DNA of 64,000 nt, taken from NCBI RefSeq assembly GCF_003918875.1, contig NW_025765647.1, positions 1,674,001-1,738,000 on the forward strand, given 5' to 3'. Positions 37,950 through 50,638 of this stretch are shown piece by piece. The DNA is from Haliotis rubra. Taxonomy: Eukaryota. The translations under genes were made by a program, and so were the position numbers. The notes beneath the pieces are model-generated. The model ran no database searches. It was not told the DNA's origin and saw only the letters and a list, made by a program, of their open reading frames with translations. The first letter of the stretch is position 1. Each line of letters opens with the position of its first letter.

Positions 37950-39880
37950 CATGATAATAATAATAAAAAGATCATCATGGAATCACATGTCTAAACGACA
38001 AAAGTCAATTTGGAGAAAATTAAAATTACAGTATAACACAACGAAAGAAAAGATACTTCTCCAAATTGTCGATTCCCTTAAGGCAAAAATAAAGGTTTGG
38101 ACAGGAAGAAAGAAAAAATGGGAAAAGAAAAATAAATTCATCAATCAAAATAAACTTTTTAGAAATACAATGTCATGAAAAATACTTCTACAGGCAACTG
38201 AAAACAAACAGTGATGGTGAGCATGATAAACGGCCTCAATTGGATACCAGGGAAAGGTTTTGGAAACAACTGTGGTCCGTACCCGGCGACTAGGTCGTTT
38301 GTTACATATCACCCGATTGCCTGAAAAGTGTTATCCAAGTCCAAATCTAACATAGCTCCAGGGCCTGATGGCATTCGAAACCTGTACTGGAAACTATGCC
38401 CCTGTGTCCAAACACCATTACTTCGCTGCTTCAATTCTCTCACGGACACGGGTGATGTTCCGCCATGGTTCTGCAAAGGTCTCACAATACTCCTTCCCAA
38501 AAGGGGACTTGACTGATCCCCAAAATATGATGTTTGAATACACAATATAAAATCTTTACAGGGTGTTTGACAAACCTCGTGTCATCTTACTGCGCTTCTT
38601 AATGTTCTTCTAATTTATAGAGAGCAAAAGGGGTCGAGAAAGGGATGTTGGGGGTGCAAGGATCAACATATTTATTTATCGGATGTTCCTCTGGTGATGC
38701 ATGTCAAGACTCAGGGGCGGATACAGCTTTTTGAGAAAGGGGGGGTGCACACTATTGAGAAAAGGGAGGGTGCACACTTCATTTTCACCCGAGTTTCAAT
38801 GGTCATTTAATAAACTTTCAGGACAAAAGGGCACCCCTGCACCCCCCTCTCTGGATCCGCCTATGAGACTTATGATGAAAGCAAGGAATTCTACAGCTAT
38901 TTTAAGCGTGCCAAGGTTGTTGGACAGAACCTGAAATTTGAGATTGATCTTGTTGATGGTGATGTACTACTGGACGGTACAGCGATGGGATGAAACTAGG
39001 TGAAGTCATTCACCAAGTCTGCCCAGAGTCGGTCATTTGTGAAGCTTTCTAAGAAGCCATTGCATCGTGTGTACATGCAGTGTGTGGAACAGAATAGCAA
39101 TCCAACCGACTCCTTCGCCTGGATGAAGTCGGCTGGTCTTAAATGTGAAACTGAGGGCTTCCTTTTTGCTGCCCAGGAGCAGTCACTTCCCACTTGCAAT
39201 CGCCAAAATGTGATTCTTAAACAAAATATCCATATGAAATATCGACCTAGCAATGAATTTACAGAGACTGTCCCACACCTTGTCAGTGGATGCCCTTCCT
39301 TGGCACAAACAGCATATCTTAAACGACATGATGACATGGCTCGTTGTTTCTACTACCGTCTCCGACATGCCTGTGGCTTTGTTTCCGAGGTCCATCCATG
39401 GTACGACCATGAACATGTCCAAGGCGTCATGGCAAATGATGCTTTCAAACTTCTGTGGAATAGGCTCATATATAGCCTGAGAAGAATTCCAGCCAACAAA
39501 CCTGATCTTGTCCTTTTTGATAAAGTCAATGAATTCATTTATATCATTGAATTTTCTGTCCCTTTTGACAGCAACGTCTCTCTTGGCGCAGATCAGGGAA
39601 GTGTTCGGGTTCTCCGCCGGCAGCACAGCCCTTCTGGCACTCTGGGTAATGCAGAAGGCTGCAGTGTTGGGGAGTCTACATATACTCCGTTCTTGGTGGG
39701 TTCGATTAGGCAGCGTTTCCTGGGAGAAGTCCCATTCGCTGTCTGGGCTGCGTGTACATGGGGCAAGGGCCCTGAGCTGATGATGAGCCTTACCAGCCTG
39801 ACTGTGCCAGGATCATCCAAACCCTCTCTGCTGCATTTTCATCTTAATATGTAAAATATAATAATAAATATAATAATCAA
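37950..39880 (+). mobile_element. R4/Dong-like RLE LINE, degenerate
   Basis: APGPDGI, PPWFCKGLTILLPKRG, LKCETEGFLFAAQEQ, HLVSGCPSLAQTAYLKRHD and NKPDLVLFDK...IEFSVPFD (PD-(D/E)xK-type RLE), with a TAA-rich 3' end. Confidence 0.88.
38712..38865. mobile_element. Short MITE inserted into the R4/Dong element
   Basis: Inverted termini caggggcggatac and ggatccgcctatg, with agact duplicated at 38707-38711 and 38866-38870. Confidence 0.7.
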
Positions 39881-41700
39881 AATATAGGGCCTAGTATCCA
39901 TCTGACTAGTTGCTCACTGGACGCTGTAATCAGAATCTGATTATTATTATTACCCCAGATAACCCAAGCAGCCTGTGCAGCGCTAGAAGGTTAACAGTTA
40001 CATGACTTATCGGTAGGTACACGAACAAACTGAGAGGAAACTTTGCACAGGAACAGGTTGCTCAGTGGTCGTCAGGACAACAGCAGGCCGACAGTATACG
40101 TGTACTATCACACTTGCACTTGCACTTGCACGGACACGGAGAATCATAGTGTACTAAGATGCTCGACGCGTGTTTTACTGGTACGAGCATTTTATGTAAG
40201 GAACACGATACAACGGTTTTGCACTAGAATATTATTGTAAGAAAATCCGACCTAAAAGTTAAAATCTAACGTCACATAGGCAATATTTCAGCCATATAAC
40301 CATCATTTCTACAATTTTGGTCTTCATGCCATATGCTTTTTTAGTTGAAGTTGGCATCTATTTATTTTATTTTATATTCTCTGAACATTTAGAAGATCAT
40401 TATCAAAACTCCAGGAAACGTCTTTAGGTGGTAAAGTTTACTATTCACTATGTTGATTTTGTACAAAAAAAGTGAAATAAAAAAGTTCAGCCTTGTAGTT
40501 GCGAAACAAATGGTAAAGTATCCAGATCATCAAATATGCGTTGAAACATTCAAACATTTAAAATGATAGATATGAAATAACAAAAAAAGACAACAAGAGG
40601 CAAAGTTAGGCCACCATACTAGGGACCGTGGGGACTTGTATCGACACTTTAGAACTGCTTCCTGCACGGTTCTCCAGCTTGATGTGTACAATCCCTTCAG
40701 GCGACTGTACGCATTTTTCAATTAAATACGGTAGTAGGTATCTACACTGTATCTCCTCTCGGGGGTTATTACGTCAGGTTGTGAGCATCCGGGATCAGGG
40801 TTAGGATTTCAAAAGGTTTTGGAGGTGATGACGTCATTTCCAGATTTGACGTACCAGTTATAAACATGTTGTCCCATGCAATCCCCTATGTGAGTTGAAC
40901 CCTCTTGGATATTTGTTCGGGTACACAATTGGTTTGCCATTGAGTGAGTTTTTTGAGTCTCCAAAAGGTGGGGCGAGGTGATCTCGATTTCCTCAAACAC
41001 ACCTGTATATAACTGTTTATGACAGTGATTCATTCTTGAGAGGTTAAACGCGTGCAATCTGGGAGGTATATATCACGATTATAGGCAAGAATGTGTCGCG
41101 TTTGTTAACTGATGAACATGAGAGATAATTTTCATAGTGTCATAAGACACCAAATTCATGTTAATGTTTCTTCCCCTTGTGGCGAAACTATGTTCAACCA
41201 ACCAATGAATACTTAGTGGACGTACAGTTGAGTCACGCTACATGATTATCTTTGGTTGTTCACGGTACTTAAACCTTTTATGATAAGAGAGGCGATAAAC
41301 ACAGACCGGCGAGCTCAGAGACATTTAGAAAATAAGATTACACTTCTATCTGACACTATTGTAGCAATCCTGGGGCGGTATTCTTAAAAAGTATTCGATT
41401 TTTCTTAAGTTTTGTCTTAAGTTTTGAAAAATTGACTTAGCTAAGTCCGAAACTTAAGTTCGTATTCATAAAATGACTTAGTCAAACACTTAGCTTAGTC
41501 GGAGGTTAAGTCGATCAGAAACTTAAGTTCATAGCCGATGTGCGTGCGCATCGTTGCTAAGGGGAAAATACCAGAAACTGAAAACTTCCGGTGGAAATCT
41601 TTAATGCAAGAAAATAAAAAGTGACGTCAAGCGGGGATTCCCTTCAGTCGTCGTACCGCAGACGACAACACAACCATCAAAACGGCAGAAACTAGGACCA

Positions 41701-43237
41701 ATGATACAAAAGAAAAGAAAACCGAATTGGAGTAAGGACGAATGTTTGCAGTTATCAGAACTTGTGAAGCAAAGGAAGACTTTGATAGAAGGAAAATTCG
41801 GGCCAGGCTTGACTTCGGCAAACAGACACGAGGCGTGACAGGTGAGTGCATTCAATGTGAATTAGAACGTCGAGTTAGGCTTGCTCCGAGAACAATTATT
41901 GGGGTTTATTAATAAGTACCTAATAAGAAGTGTTGGGGTAAGACTTCCGCCCGTATCCCCCTAAATTTTATGGATGAGGAAGAATTTCTTTGAGAGGCAT
42001 TTTCAGTAAAAGCACTATCATTGCACACATTTAATACAAGTGAAAATAACAATTATCTTACTGTGATATAGACAAACCCTATCATCCTGGCAGCACTAAT
42101 TTAATGCCTGTTTCAGTATAACTCAGCAACATCATTCCATGTAAAATGTAAAATGTTGTTGTTCCAATAAGTGCTTGCCACAAAAGGGGACTATGCTTGT
42201 CGTAAGAGGCGACTAACGGGATCGGGTGGTCAAGATCGCTGGCTTGGTTGACACATGTCATCGGTTCCCAATTGCGCAGATCGATGCTCATGCTGTTGAT
42301 CACTTGATTGTCTGTTCGAGACTCGATTATTTACAGACTATGTGAAGATTGTGATGTAGAGGATAGAGGATTTTAGTTGTTAAGTCTCTATAGTCTTCCG
42401 AACAAAATATATCCTTCTTTTTAAAATTATGTTGACAACTGAAAGACAAATATGTTCACAAATCCTTGAACATGTGGTCATGCTAGGTCATTTGTAAAAA
42501 CTATGATCATTTACACATCAACCAAATAATTTATTACCTGCTGCTATAAGATTTCTTAAAGAAAAGTAACCTATTTATTGAATGTTATATATTTCACAAT
42601 GATTAAATGAATTGCTTAAAACAATATCATTTGTTATCTTCAATTTGTGACTGTTTTTGCTCAATGATTTTCAAAACATTGGCAAGAAATATATTTATGG
42701 TGTTGATGATTCTTTGTTAAAAACTGTAATAAATATTATAACAATATATAATGGGGTTCTAAAAAGAATATGAGTTTAATAGAATGAATCTTTTTCAGAG
42801 TATCACTGACAGCCTAAATGCTAGGGGCTCAGTGAAAAGGACCAAAGAAGAAATCGAAAAGAAGTGGAAGAATATGAAAAGCAGCAGAAAGAAGAGTTAC
42901 TCAACCTTCCCCAGGGCGACAACTACTACTGGTATGTATCGAACACTTATTAATTATTTTTCATCACAATATCATCCAATTAAAATGTATATAATATAAA
43001 TGTTTGTAACATATAGATTTACAGAACCAATTTGACTTTAAAAATCACTGTCTATGTATTATGAAATTGATCAATAGAATTTGTTTTTCAGGCGGCGGTC
43101 CTCCATCAACGCCACTCAGTCCTGTTACTGACAATGTCATTGACGAAATTGGGAGAGAAAATGAAATCCTAACAGGGATTAATAAGAGCGTGGACTCCAC
43201 AATGCTGCAAATCATGAATAGCAACCAGCCCAACAAG
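41701..43237 (+). pseudogene. Harbinger Myb/SANT-like gene (exons ~41701-41841, 42799-42931, 43092-43237)
   Basis: KKRKPNWSKDECLQL...HEA*Q | SITDSLNARGSVKRTKEEIEKKWKNMKS...TG | GGPP, with a TGA at the conserved Trp. Confidence 0.82.
42191..42337 (+). mobile_element. SINE family B in the Harbinger intron
   Basis: gtcgtaagaggcgactaacgggatcgggtgg... Confidence 0.8.
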
Positions 43238-44004
43238 GGTATGTGACATAGGAAATTAAATGTGTCAATACAGAAATGTAAAAGTAATATATTCTGATTA
43301 AGAAAATTAAATGAATCAATTAGGATTAAGGATATCAAAAAGTATACACAAATGTAAAATGTATAATGTAAGGAAGTAACAGTTAACATTGTAACAAATA
43401 TCAATGTTCATTATTATAATTTCAATATTTATTCGGGATGGGATTGGCTGGTTAGCGTATACAGCTACAGATCAAGAGGTATGTGGATCAAATCCTGCTT
43501 ATAGTTGTATCATACATAATGCCACATCTCTAATGATAAAATTAAAAGAATTCATAGCTCCTCTTTCGCTTTGTTTGATAGTTTCAAAATTATTCTGATA
43601 TTCAAAAGCATGTAAAACAATAATTAGACACACAAAAATTCCAACATTTATTTTTGATAAAAGTGTCTAAAATAAATTCCAATATTTAAATTTATAACAG
43701 TGTCTTAAAGAATGTCCAATATTATAATCTATTTCAGCATTCCCTGTCCCCTTTGTCAAATAATTTACACTTCAATCAAAAAAATTATATTCAGGAGTTT
43801 GTTGGACTGAAAAGAGAAGAAAAACATATTTCACTTCATTATTTTATTAATTGTGTATTTCAATTTCACATTCTTTATCCACTGCAGATTTTGTGAGAAC
43901 AAGTTTTTGAACCAGCACAGGTATTTCACATTCCAAGTTCATCACCTCAGTCACCTCAGCTCTATCAACAGGTCCCACCACAACCTCAGCTGCCTCAGCC
44001 ACTT

Positions 44005-44234
44005 ACATAGCTGGAATTTTGCTGTTGCTACGATGTCAACAGTGTTTTCACAGTGGCATCGACTGCATGATTTCTTGCTGTGTTAGGCTGAATGGCATTC
44101 GAGACCAAATCAATAACAAACTGTATGCCGCCCCTGTCTAAACGATACCGTTTAATGAGTTCTTCATCACTTAAGTCCTAATAAGGGTTACTTCTTGGAC
44201 GGTTAATTCTTCTATTGGCATGTCTGGTTGCCAT
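44005..44234 (-). pseudogene. Harbinger nuclease (HARBI1-like) N-terminal relic
   Basis: MATRHANRRINRPRSNPY*DLSDEELIKRYRLDRGGIQFVIDLVSNAIQPNTARNHAV. Confidence 0.82.
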
Positions 44235-44849
44235 TTATGTCAACTGACTTAAGTTACATACATAGAGTTAAGCCTAGCCAACAGCAGGCTTAGGATTTAA
44301 GTCGAAAATTGCGCAAACGTAAGTCTTATTCTTTTTGTGAATATGACTAAGAAAAAACAGAAGTCGTAAGTCAAAACTTAAGTTTTTATTGAGAACTTAA
44401 GTAATTTTTTAGACTTAAGTCCTTTTAAGAATACCGTCCCTGATCATTACCGTTCATCCTTATGAACAGCAAGAAAAAGCGACAAAAACATTGCCTGTGA
44501 TTTTATGATAAACTGGTTTGTTGATGTGTCGGAGTATCACAAACTCGCATACTTCGATATGATATTTCCGAAAAGGCTTACAAATAGATCGAAATAGTCC
44601 CATAAGGATGTTAGAAGGCTGTTTATAAGATAGAAATTGTGCAGAAACGCCGGTGTTTCAAAGCACCCAGGTCTCATGGGGGATGCTGAAAAATCTGAGT
44701 GTTTACCATGGATAGTCTGCACACATACACATTATGGTTGAAAGATTAAGTGCTATCAGGGAAATGAATTGATGATATTCCATGAATAACAAGTGTGATT
44801 ACAGATAAAGTAACCGAAATTCACCTATTTTATATATACATGGCAATAA

Positions 44850-45110
44850 ACAAAGTTAATCGTTTTATGTCTAATGACCCATCTTGTTCTTGCGGTGCTT
44901 TCTGGTGTCCCCCGCCGTGATGTTGCTGGAATATTGCTAAATGCGGCGTAAAACCAAACTCAGTCAGTCAGTCAGTCTTGCGGTGCTATTTGTGAAGATA
45001 ATTTACATTATTTCTTTATATGTCCAAATTATGACAACTCAATAAATGATAAGCATTTTTATAGAAATGGAAACAACCTCAAATCAGTGCTATATGGAAA
45101 CATTGAAACA
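44850..45110 (+). mobile_element. LINE 3' zinc-knuckle fragment interrupted by a SINE A tail (44900-44975)
   Basis: DPSCSCGA|ICEDNLHYFFICPNY, with TSD tcttgcggtgct at 44888-44899 and 44976-44987. Confidence 0.72.
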
Positions 45111-45221
45111 TCAGAAATTGAAATTTGCACATTGTTAAATTTGTTCATTGTTTTATTGAAAAATTTGGTTGAATTAAGATTTAAGAAGTAATGTACTGAA
45201 ATGCAATGTAATCTACAGCTA

Positions 45222-46085
45222 AACTGACCGGCAAAAGAAAGTATACCAAAAGTTACCATTTCTTAAATATTTAAGAAATATTTTGGTAGGTAAATTATAC
45301 ACTGAAACATGTCGCCTCAGCGTAGCAATTTGATACCTGCAGTGAAATTCACGTGCACGTCGTGAATAAAACGTCGAAGTGTTCAATTGGATAAACCATG
45401 AGTTTGGGCCTCTGTCAGAGTTCCACATGCGCTACGGGTATAAAAGTTAGTTTGCGGACAAGTTACACATGCAGTTTAAAAAAGATCACCTTAGATATGC
45501 CACGACTATCATCAGTAGAACGTGAGAGGACTATAGGCATGCTCCAGATAGGGTCTACACACGCCAACGTTGCAAGAACCTTCGGCTGCACCCGTGTTGC
45601 CGTCACTAAACTGCTGCAACGTTACAGGCAGACGGGCCAGACACAGGACAGACCAAGAAGTGGGAGACCGCGAGTACCAACACCAGCTGAAGACCGGCAT
45701 TTGAGGACGTTACACCTGAGAAACCGTTTCCTGACGGTCACGTCATCAGCAGCGAATTCCCTTGATCACCTTGTCAGTCGATACACGGTGGCTAGACGTC
45801 TTCGAGCAGCAGGTATCAGAGCCTACAGACCCTTCAAAGGACAGGTGTTGACCCCTAAACACAGACGTCACAGACTGCGTTGGCCCGAGTTGTTCGTCGT
45901 TGGCAGCGACGAGAGGAACAACGTGAACGTTCTACAGTGACCAGCACCTTCTCCAGACATGTCCCCGATCGAGCACATTTTGGATGCACTAGACAGAAGC
46001 ATGCGGAAACTCCCTAACCAACCATAGAATAGAGAGCAACTTGCACAAGCCCCCCAAGGACGAATGGCGTCGCATACCACGTGAC
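45222..46085 (+). mobile_element. Tc1 element, left part (ATG 45497, DDE core deleted)
   Basis: MPRLSSVERERTIGMLQIG...RSGRPR...GIRAYRP and SPDMSPIEHI. Confidence 0.88.
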
Positions 46086-46221
46086 GTCCCTTTCTGGTGG
46101 CAATATGTTTTCCATCGAGGGAAGTTTGTTTCTATAAAATATGGATTAAGAGAGCTTCCCAAGGATTTATCGTTGGAAGGTGAAGTGATATATGGTATAG
46201 TTTACACATTTGGAGGACAAA

Positions 46222-47394
46222 ATGGTTTCGATTGATGTTTATCGAGCCAGAATCGGCAGTTTCACTCATCCGAAGGGAACACGACAAGTGACGTTGCACA
46301 AACAAGAGAGTGAGTACTCACCATTCGTGTCAGGGACAGATGTCCACTTCAGGCTGATAATTTGTACACTTCTCATCGCTGTGCATCTTACCTCATCATA
46401 TCTCTTGATAGATACACTTGAAAATGTCAATTTTGAACGATTTGTGCCGAAAGAAAACATATACCTTTGTACATCATATGACGTCACTACTGTCAACTGT
46501 GACCCAGTTTTGGCTATGTATCATGCTTCATTTGCACGTGGGGTGTGCTTTCTTGGTGGTAACGTGCCGCCCGTGGGTGTTGTGAAACATATTCTGATGT
46601 GTGCAAATGACATTGAAACCAACCCCGGCCCTCTTACTTTGAAAGAAGTGAGAGATTGCTTAATAGCTGAAATACGAGACGTCAAATCAGATTTATCATC
46701 ACAGATCACCGCCTTGAAAACTAAGATGATATCAATCGGATCCAGATATGATCAAGAGAAGTCAGTGTCAGATATCAAATCAGATATCGCCGCCTCCAAA
46801 CATGAGTATGGCATCATGTATTCTGATCTTGACGCCATAGATGAAAGGGTAAATGGATTTGATGAACGTTTGACCATGATAGACGCTGAGCTAGATAAGC
46901 TGGGATCGTTTAGCCGTCGAGACAACGTCATCATACATGATGTACCGGAAGCCGAAGGGGAGAAATCAATGGCATGCAAGGAAACTATTCTCAACCTATT
47001 CACAAAGTACCTAACGTTCAAAACGTGGCAACCAATTGACGTTATTAGAGCCCATCGCCTTGGGCGTAAGCGTGCCGATTCAACTAAGCCACGCCCGATA
47101 ATTGTCAAGGTGCAAATGTCAGATGACAAAGTTAGAGCGCTGAAAGCAAGGTCTGTGCTGAAGGAAAATGGATATGGTATCTCCAGTGATCTGACCACAC
47201 GCCAACGTCAACAACTTCACGATCTGAAAGAAACTGGTCAGTTTGGTTACTTCAAGAACGGTGAACTTGTAGTGGTACCGAGTGAACGTGCGCACACTCA
47301 GTCTCGTCCCCATATGAGGATTACGCAAAGTAGACGTCAGCCACGTACTGATCGTGACGACCGTCAACCACTTGAAAGCACTGTATCTGAATAG
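46222..47394 (+). CDS. LINE ORF1: hydrophobic leader, 2A-like motif, coiled coil and L1-type RRM/CTD
   Basis: Intact 390-aa ORF with DIETNPGP, RRDNVIIHDVPE, IRAHRLG, KPRPIIVK and GISSDLT. Confidence 0.85.
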   Translation: MVSIDVYRARIGSFTHPKGTRQVTLHKQESEYSPFVSGTDVHFRLIICTLLIAVHLTSSYLLIDTLENVNFERFVPKENIYLCTSYDVTTVNCDPVLAMYHASFARGVCFLGGNVPPVGVVKHILMCANDIETNPGPLTLKEVRDCLIAEIRDVKSDLSSQITALKTKMISIGSRYDQEKSVSDIKSDIAASKHEYGIMYSDLDAIDERVNGFDERLTMIDAELDKLGSFSRRDNVIIHDVPEAEGEKSMACKETILNLFTKYLTFKTWQPIDVIRAHRLGRKRADSTKPRPIIVKVQMSDDKVRALKARSVLKENGYGISSDLTTRQRQQLHDLKETGQFGYFKNGELVVVPSERAHTQSRPHMRITQSRRQPRTDRDDRQPLESTVSE

Positions 47395-47499
47395 GACGGT
47401 GGTCAAGGCCCGGACTTTATATCACAGGGTCCTCAAATTAGCACTGACACCGGTGATAATCGTCATTCGCTTACTCGGATTAAGAAACTGACAGTGACA

Positions 47500-50400
47500 A
47501 ACCGCCTTTTTGTGCTTGAACATAAATGGGTTGATTGAAAAGATTGATGATATCAGTTTTATCGATTATCTTCGTAAATTTCACATCATATGTTTGATTG
47601 AGACTTTTCTAACCGACATCTCTTACAATTGGTTGGATGGCTATGACGTGTTCTATAGCCCTGCTCAAATTGTCAGATCAAACTGTCAGATGCTATACCT
47701 TCAACTTATTAACATCTGATATTAATAATTTCATTTTGTATAGCGAACAGTAGAGTGTATGGAGACTCCTAAAGGTGAATATACGTTTCATGGGCAATAG
47801 GGATCAACTTTGTCAATGTCACATTTTATTGGGGTTCCCGTACAGACTTCTTCCAATTTATTATACTTGTTGAATATTGGAGACAGAGTAGACTCTGATC
47901 ATTTACCATTAGAACTGAATTGTCAATTTCCAAATATGAACAACACAAGTGATAAATACCATATTGATGATTATAAAGAATAGATTGTTTGATCATTTAC
48001 GACGCCTGTTGCGAAATATTTTTAGATAATTTAAAAAAAGTAAGACTTCATTTTATAATGATCGTCTCTTATCTAAACTTGAGTTCGATCTAAACGGAGC
48101 TTTAGATGAGTTTGTCCATGTCAGATTAGATTCAGCAGATTGTATGAAGAAAAAAGACTAAGCTGTTTAAGCAAAACTATAAAACACCCTTAAGTGACGA
48201 GTGTAAAACTGCGCGACGAGACGCGCGCAAAGCACTTAGAAGTTTTCGGTGTAGACGCTCGGAGAGCAACAGAAATTATTTTTGTAAAATGAGAAACAAA
48301 TACAAAGCTTCATGTAGAAAATTCAAATCTAACCTGCGTAATCAAAGATTGAACAGATTGAATGATTCTATCCACAATCCTGCTGTGTTCTGGAAACAAA
48401 TTCGTTTATTTAGAAAGAGATCAAATCCTAAAAGTAATATTCAAAATGTGAATGGATGACACATTTCAAGACAGTTTTTTCTAATGATGCTGTTTTTCCA
48501 GGCGATGGTTATTCCTTCGATGATGATATTATCTCTTCGAATGACTGACACTGTTGATCAAATGATTTTGGAAACACAAATTTCAGTAGATGAGATAAAG
48601 AATGCTATAAATAACTTAAAGAGCGGAAAAGCAGCTGGTCCCGACAATATATAATCGAAATGATTAAATGTTCTCAATTCGAGTTAATGCCCCCTCCCCA
48701 TAAATGTTTTAATACTGTATTTGAAAGTGGTTCGTCTCCAGAAAGCTGGTCTCGTTCAATTATCGTCCCTTTACATAAAAAGGGGCTCAAGACAATCAAG
48801 ATAATTACAGAGGCATATCTTTAATGAGTGCTTTTGGGAAAATATTTACAACTGTTTTTAAACAACAGAATCTCAATTTGGTCAAATCTAAGAAACTTAA
48901 TTCCTGAATGTCAGGCGGCTTTTAGAACAGATTATTCAACTACTGACCATATCTTTACACTATATGCAATAATACAAAAGTGTTTATCGCGTAATAAACA
49001 CAAACTTTATGTAGCATTTGTTGACTTTTAAGAAAGCTTTTGACTCTGTGGATCGTTGTAAATTATGGCACTGCTTACGAAAGTCTGGTTTACAAGGAAA
49101 AATGTATTCTATTTTAAAATCTATGTACTTGAATATTAAATCATGTGTTCGTTGTGGTGATGATGTCACCGATTTTTTTCGAATGTCCCATGGGAGTTCG
49201 GCAAGGGTGTATTTTAAGCCCTGTATTGTTTTCCTTCTTTATAAGCGAACTGTATGATGACATTTCTAATTCAGGTAAACACGGTGTGCAAATGTTTCCA
49301 GATATGATTGAAATTTTTATCCTCCTTTTGCCGATGATGTAATCTTAGTGTCAGATACTATCGTCGGTCTACAAAACCAACTGAATATTTTGGAACGTTA
49401 TAAAATGAATGGAAATTATTTGTTAATTTTGAAAAAAGAAACAGAGTTATCTTTAGAAGAGGTGGGCCTGTCGCCTCTGAGTGGCAAAAATGTATCTATT
49501 GTTAATCAGTATACCTATCTCGGACTATTGTTTTCCCATACCATGAACTTTAAAAAGAGTGTTATAGACCTGAAATCACGTGCTAAGAAGGCTCTTATTA
49601 ATGTTATGTCAGTTTCCCAGAATTTTGGAATCTTAACCCCGAAAATATATTTTAAATTGTTTGATGCACAAATCCAACCGATTATGCTTTATGGGTCTGA
49701 AATTTTGGGATTTCAACGTCATGAAAGTCTAGAGAAACTACACCTTTTAGCATGTAAAAGATTTTTTAATGTAGCGCAAGCAGCACCAACTTGTATGGTT
49801 TATGGAGAATGCGGTTGATATCCGATATATATAAATTCACAAATCAGATGTTTAAAATATTGGTTAAAGATCCTTGGAATGCACGAACAAAGAATCCCCA
49901 TACTAGCTTTATAACATGCTTGTAAATTTAGATGATAGGGGTAAGACAACATGGGGCGTCTCATATTAGAACTCTTTTATTTTCTCATGGCTTTGGATTT
50001 GTGTGGCTAAATCAAACAGTTGGTAATATTAATCAATTTCTTAAGCAATTTCGAGAACAATCTGTTAGCATGTATTATCAAGAATGGCATTCCTGTCTAG
50101 ACAATAGTTCAAGATACCAGTTGTATAGATCACATAAGAGCTTAATTCAACCAGATAGATAGACGATAGTATCAGAACTATATCTATCTGTATTGACATC
50201 TAGAAATAAATATCAGACGCACGCTTGTCAATTTTCGATTGGGCTTGTTAGACTTATCAGTAAATAAGGACAGACAGTTTTTTCAATAGAGAGACGTTTA
50301 AGGATATGTCATTATGTAACTCGGCTATAGAAGATGAAATTCACTTCGCTTTTTGTATGCCCACATTATGCTGATTTAAGAAAAAAATATATCCCAAATA

Positions 50401-50534
50401 ATTACCTGTTAAAATACCCTTCATCTGCCTTTGCTTCCATTCTATCCTCCAAAAATGAAAATGTAATGCGTAATCTTGTGCTTTATGTAAAACATGCTGT
50501 TTTCCTTAGAAGCAATATCTTAACTGAACTGTAA
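47500..50534 (+). pseudogene. LINE ORF2 (APE + RT + Cys tail), frameshifted in this assembly
   Basis: CLNINGL...ICLIETFL, DSDHLP, KSGKAAGPD, NYRGISL, FVDF.KAFDSVDR, GVRQGCILSPVLF, L(F)ADD, YTYLG, YGSEI and FVCPHY. Confidence 0.9.
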
Positions 50535-50638
50535 TTTCTTTGTGAAATGTCTGTAACATATGCTGTATATATACTTGTATTACTTGTATATGGGCCGGAG
50601 GCCTTAAAGTACAATAAATATCTTTGACTTGACTTGAC

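Larger units (their letters stand above)
41373..44439. mobile_element. PIF/Harbinger transposon, internally deleted
   Basis: TIRs gggcggtattcttaaaa and ttttaagaataccgtcc, CTG TSD, subterminal cttaag repeats, and convergent Myb and nuclease relics. Confidence 0.9.
46086..50638 (+). mobile_element. Full-length APE-type LINE (CR1/L2-group-like) nested in a Tc1
   Basis: ORF1, a fragmented APE-RT ORF2, AATAAA and a (TTGAC)n tail. Confidence 0.9.

Noticed and set aside
39770-39815. CTGATGA as a hammerhead core in the R4/Dong 3' region (also at ~21076)
   Set aside because: There is no correctly placed GAAA or flanking stems, and the motif is not conserved in the second copies.
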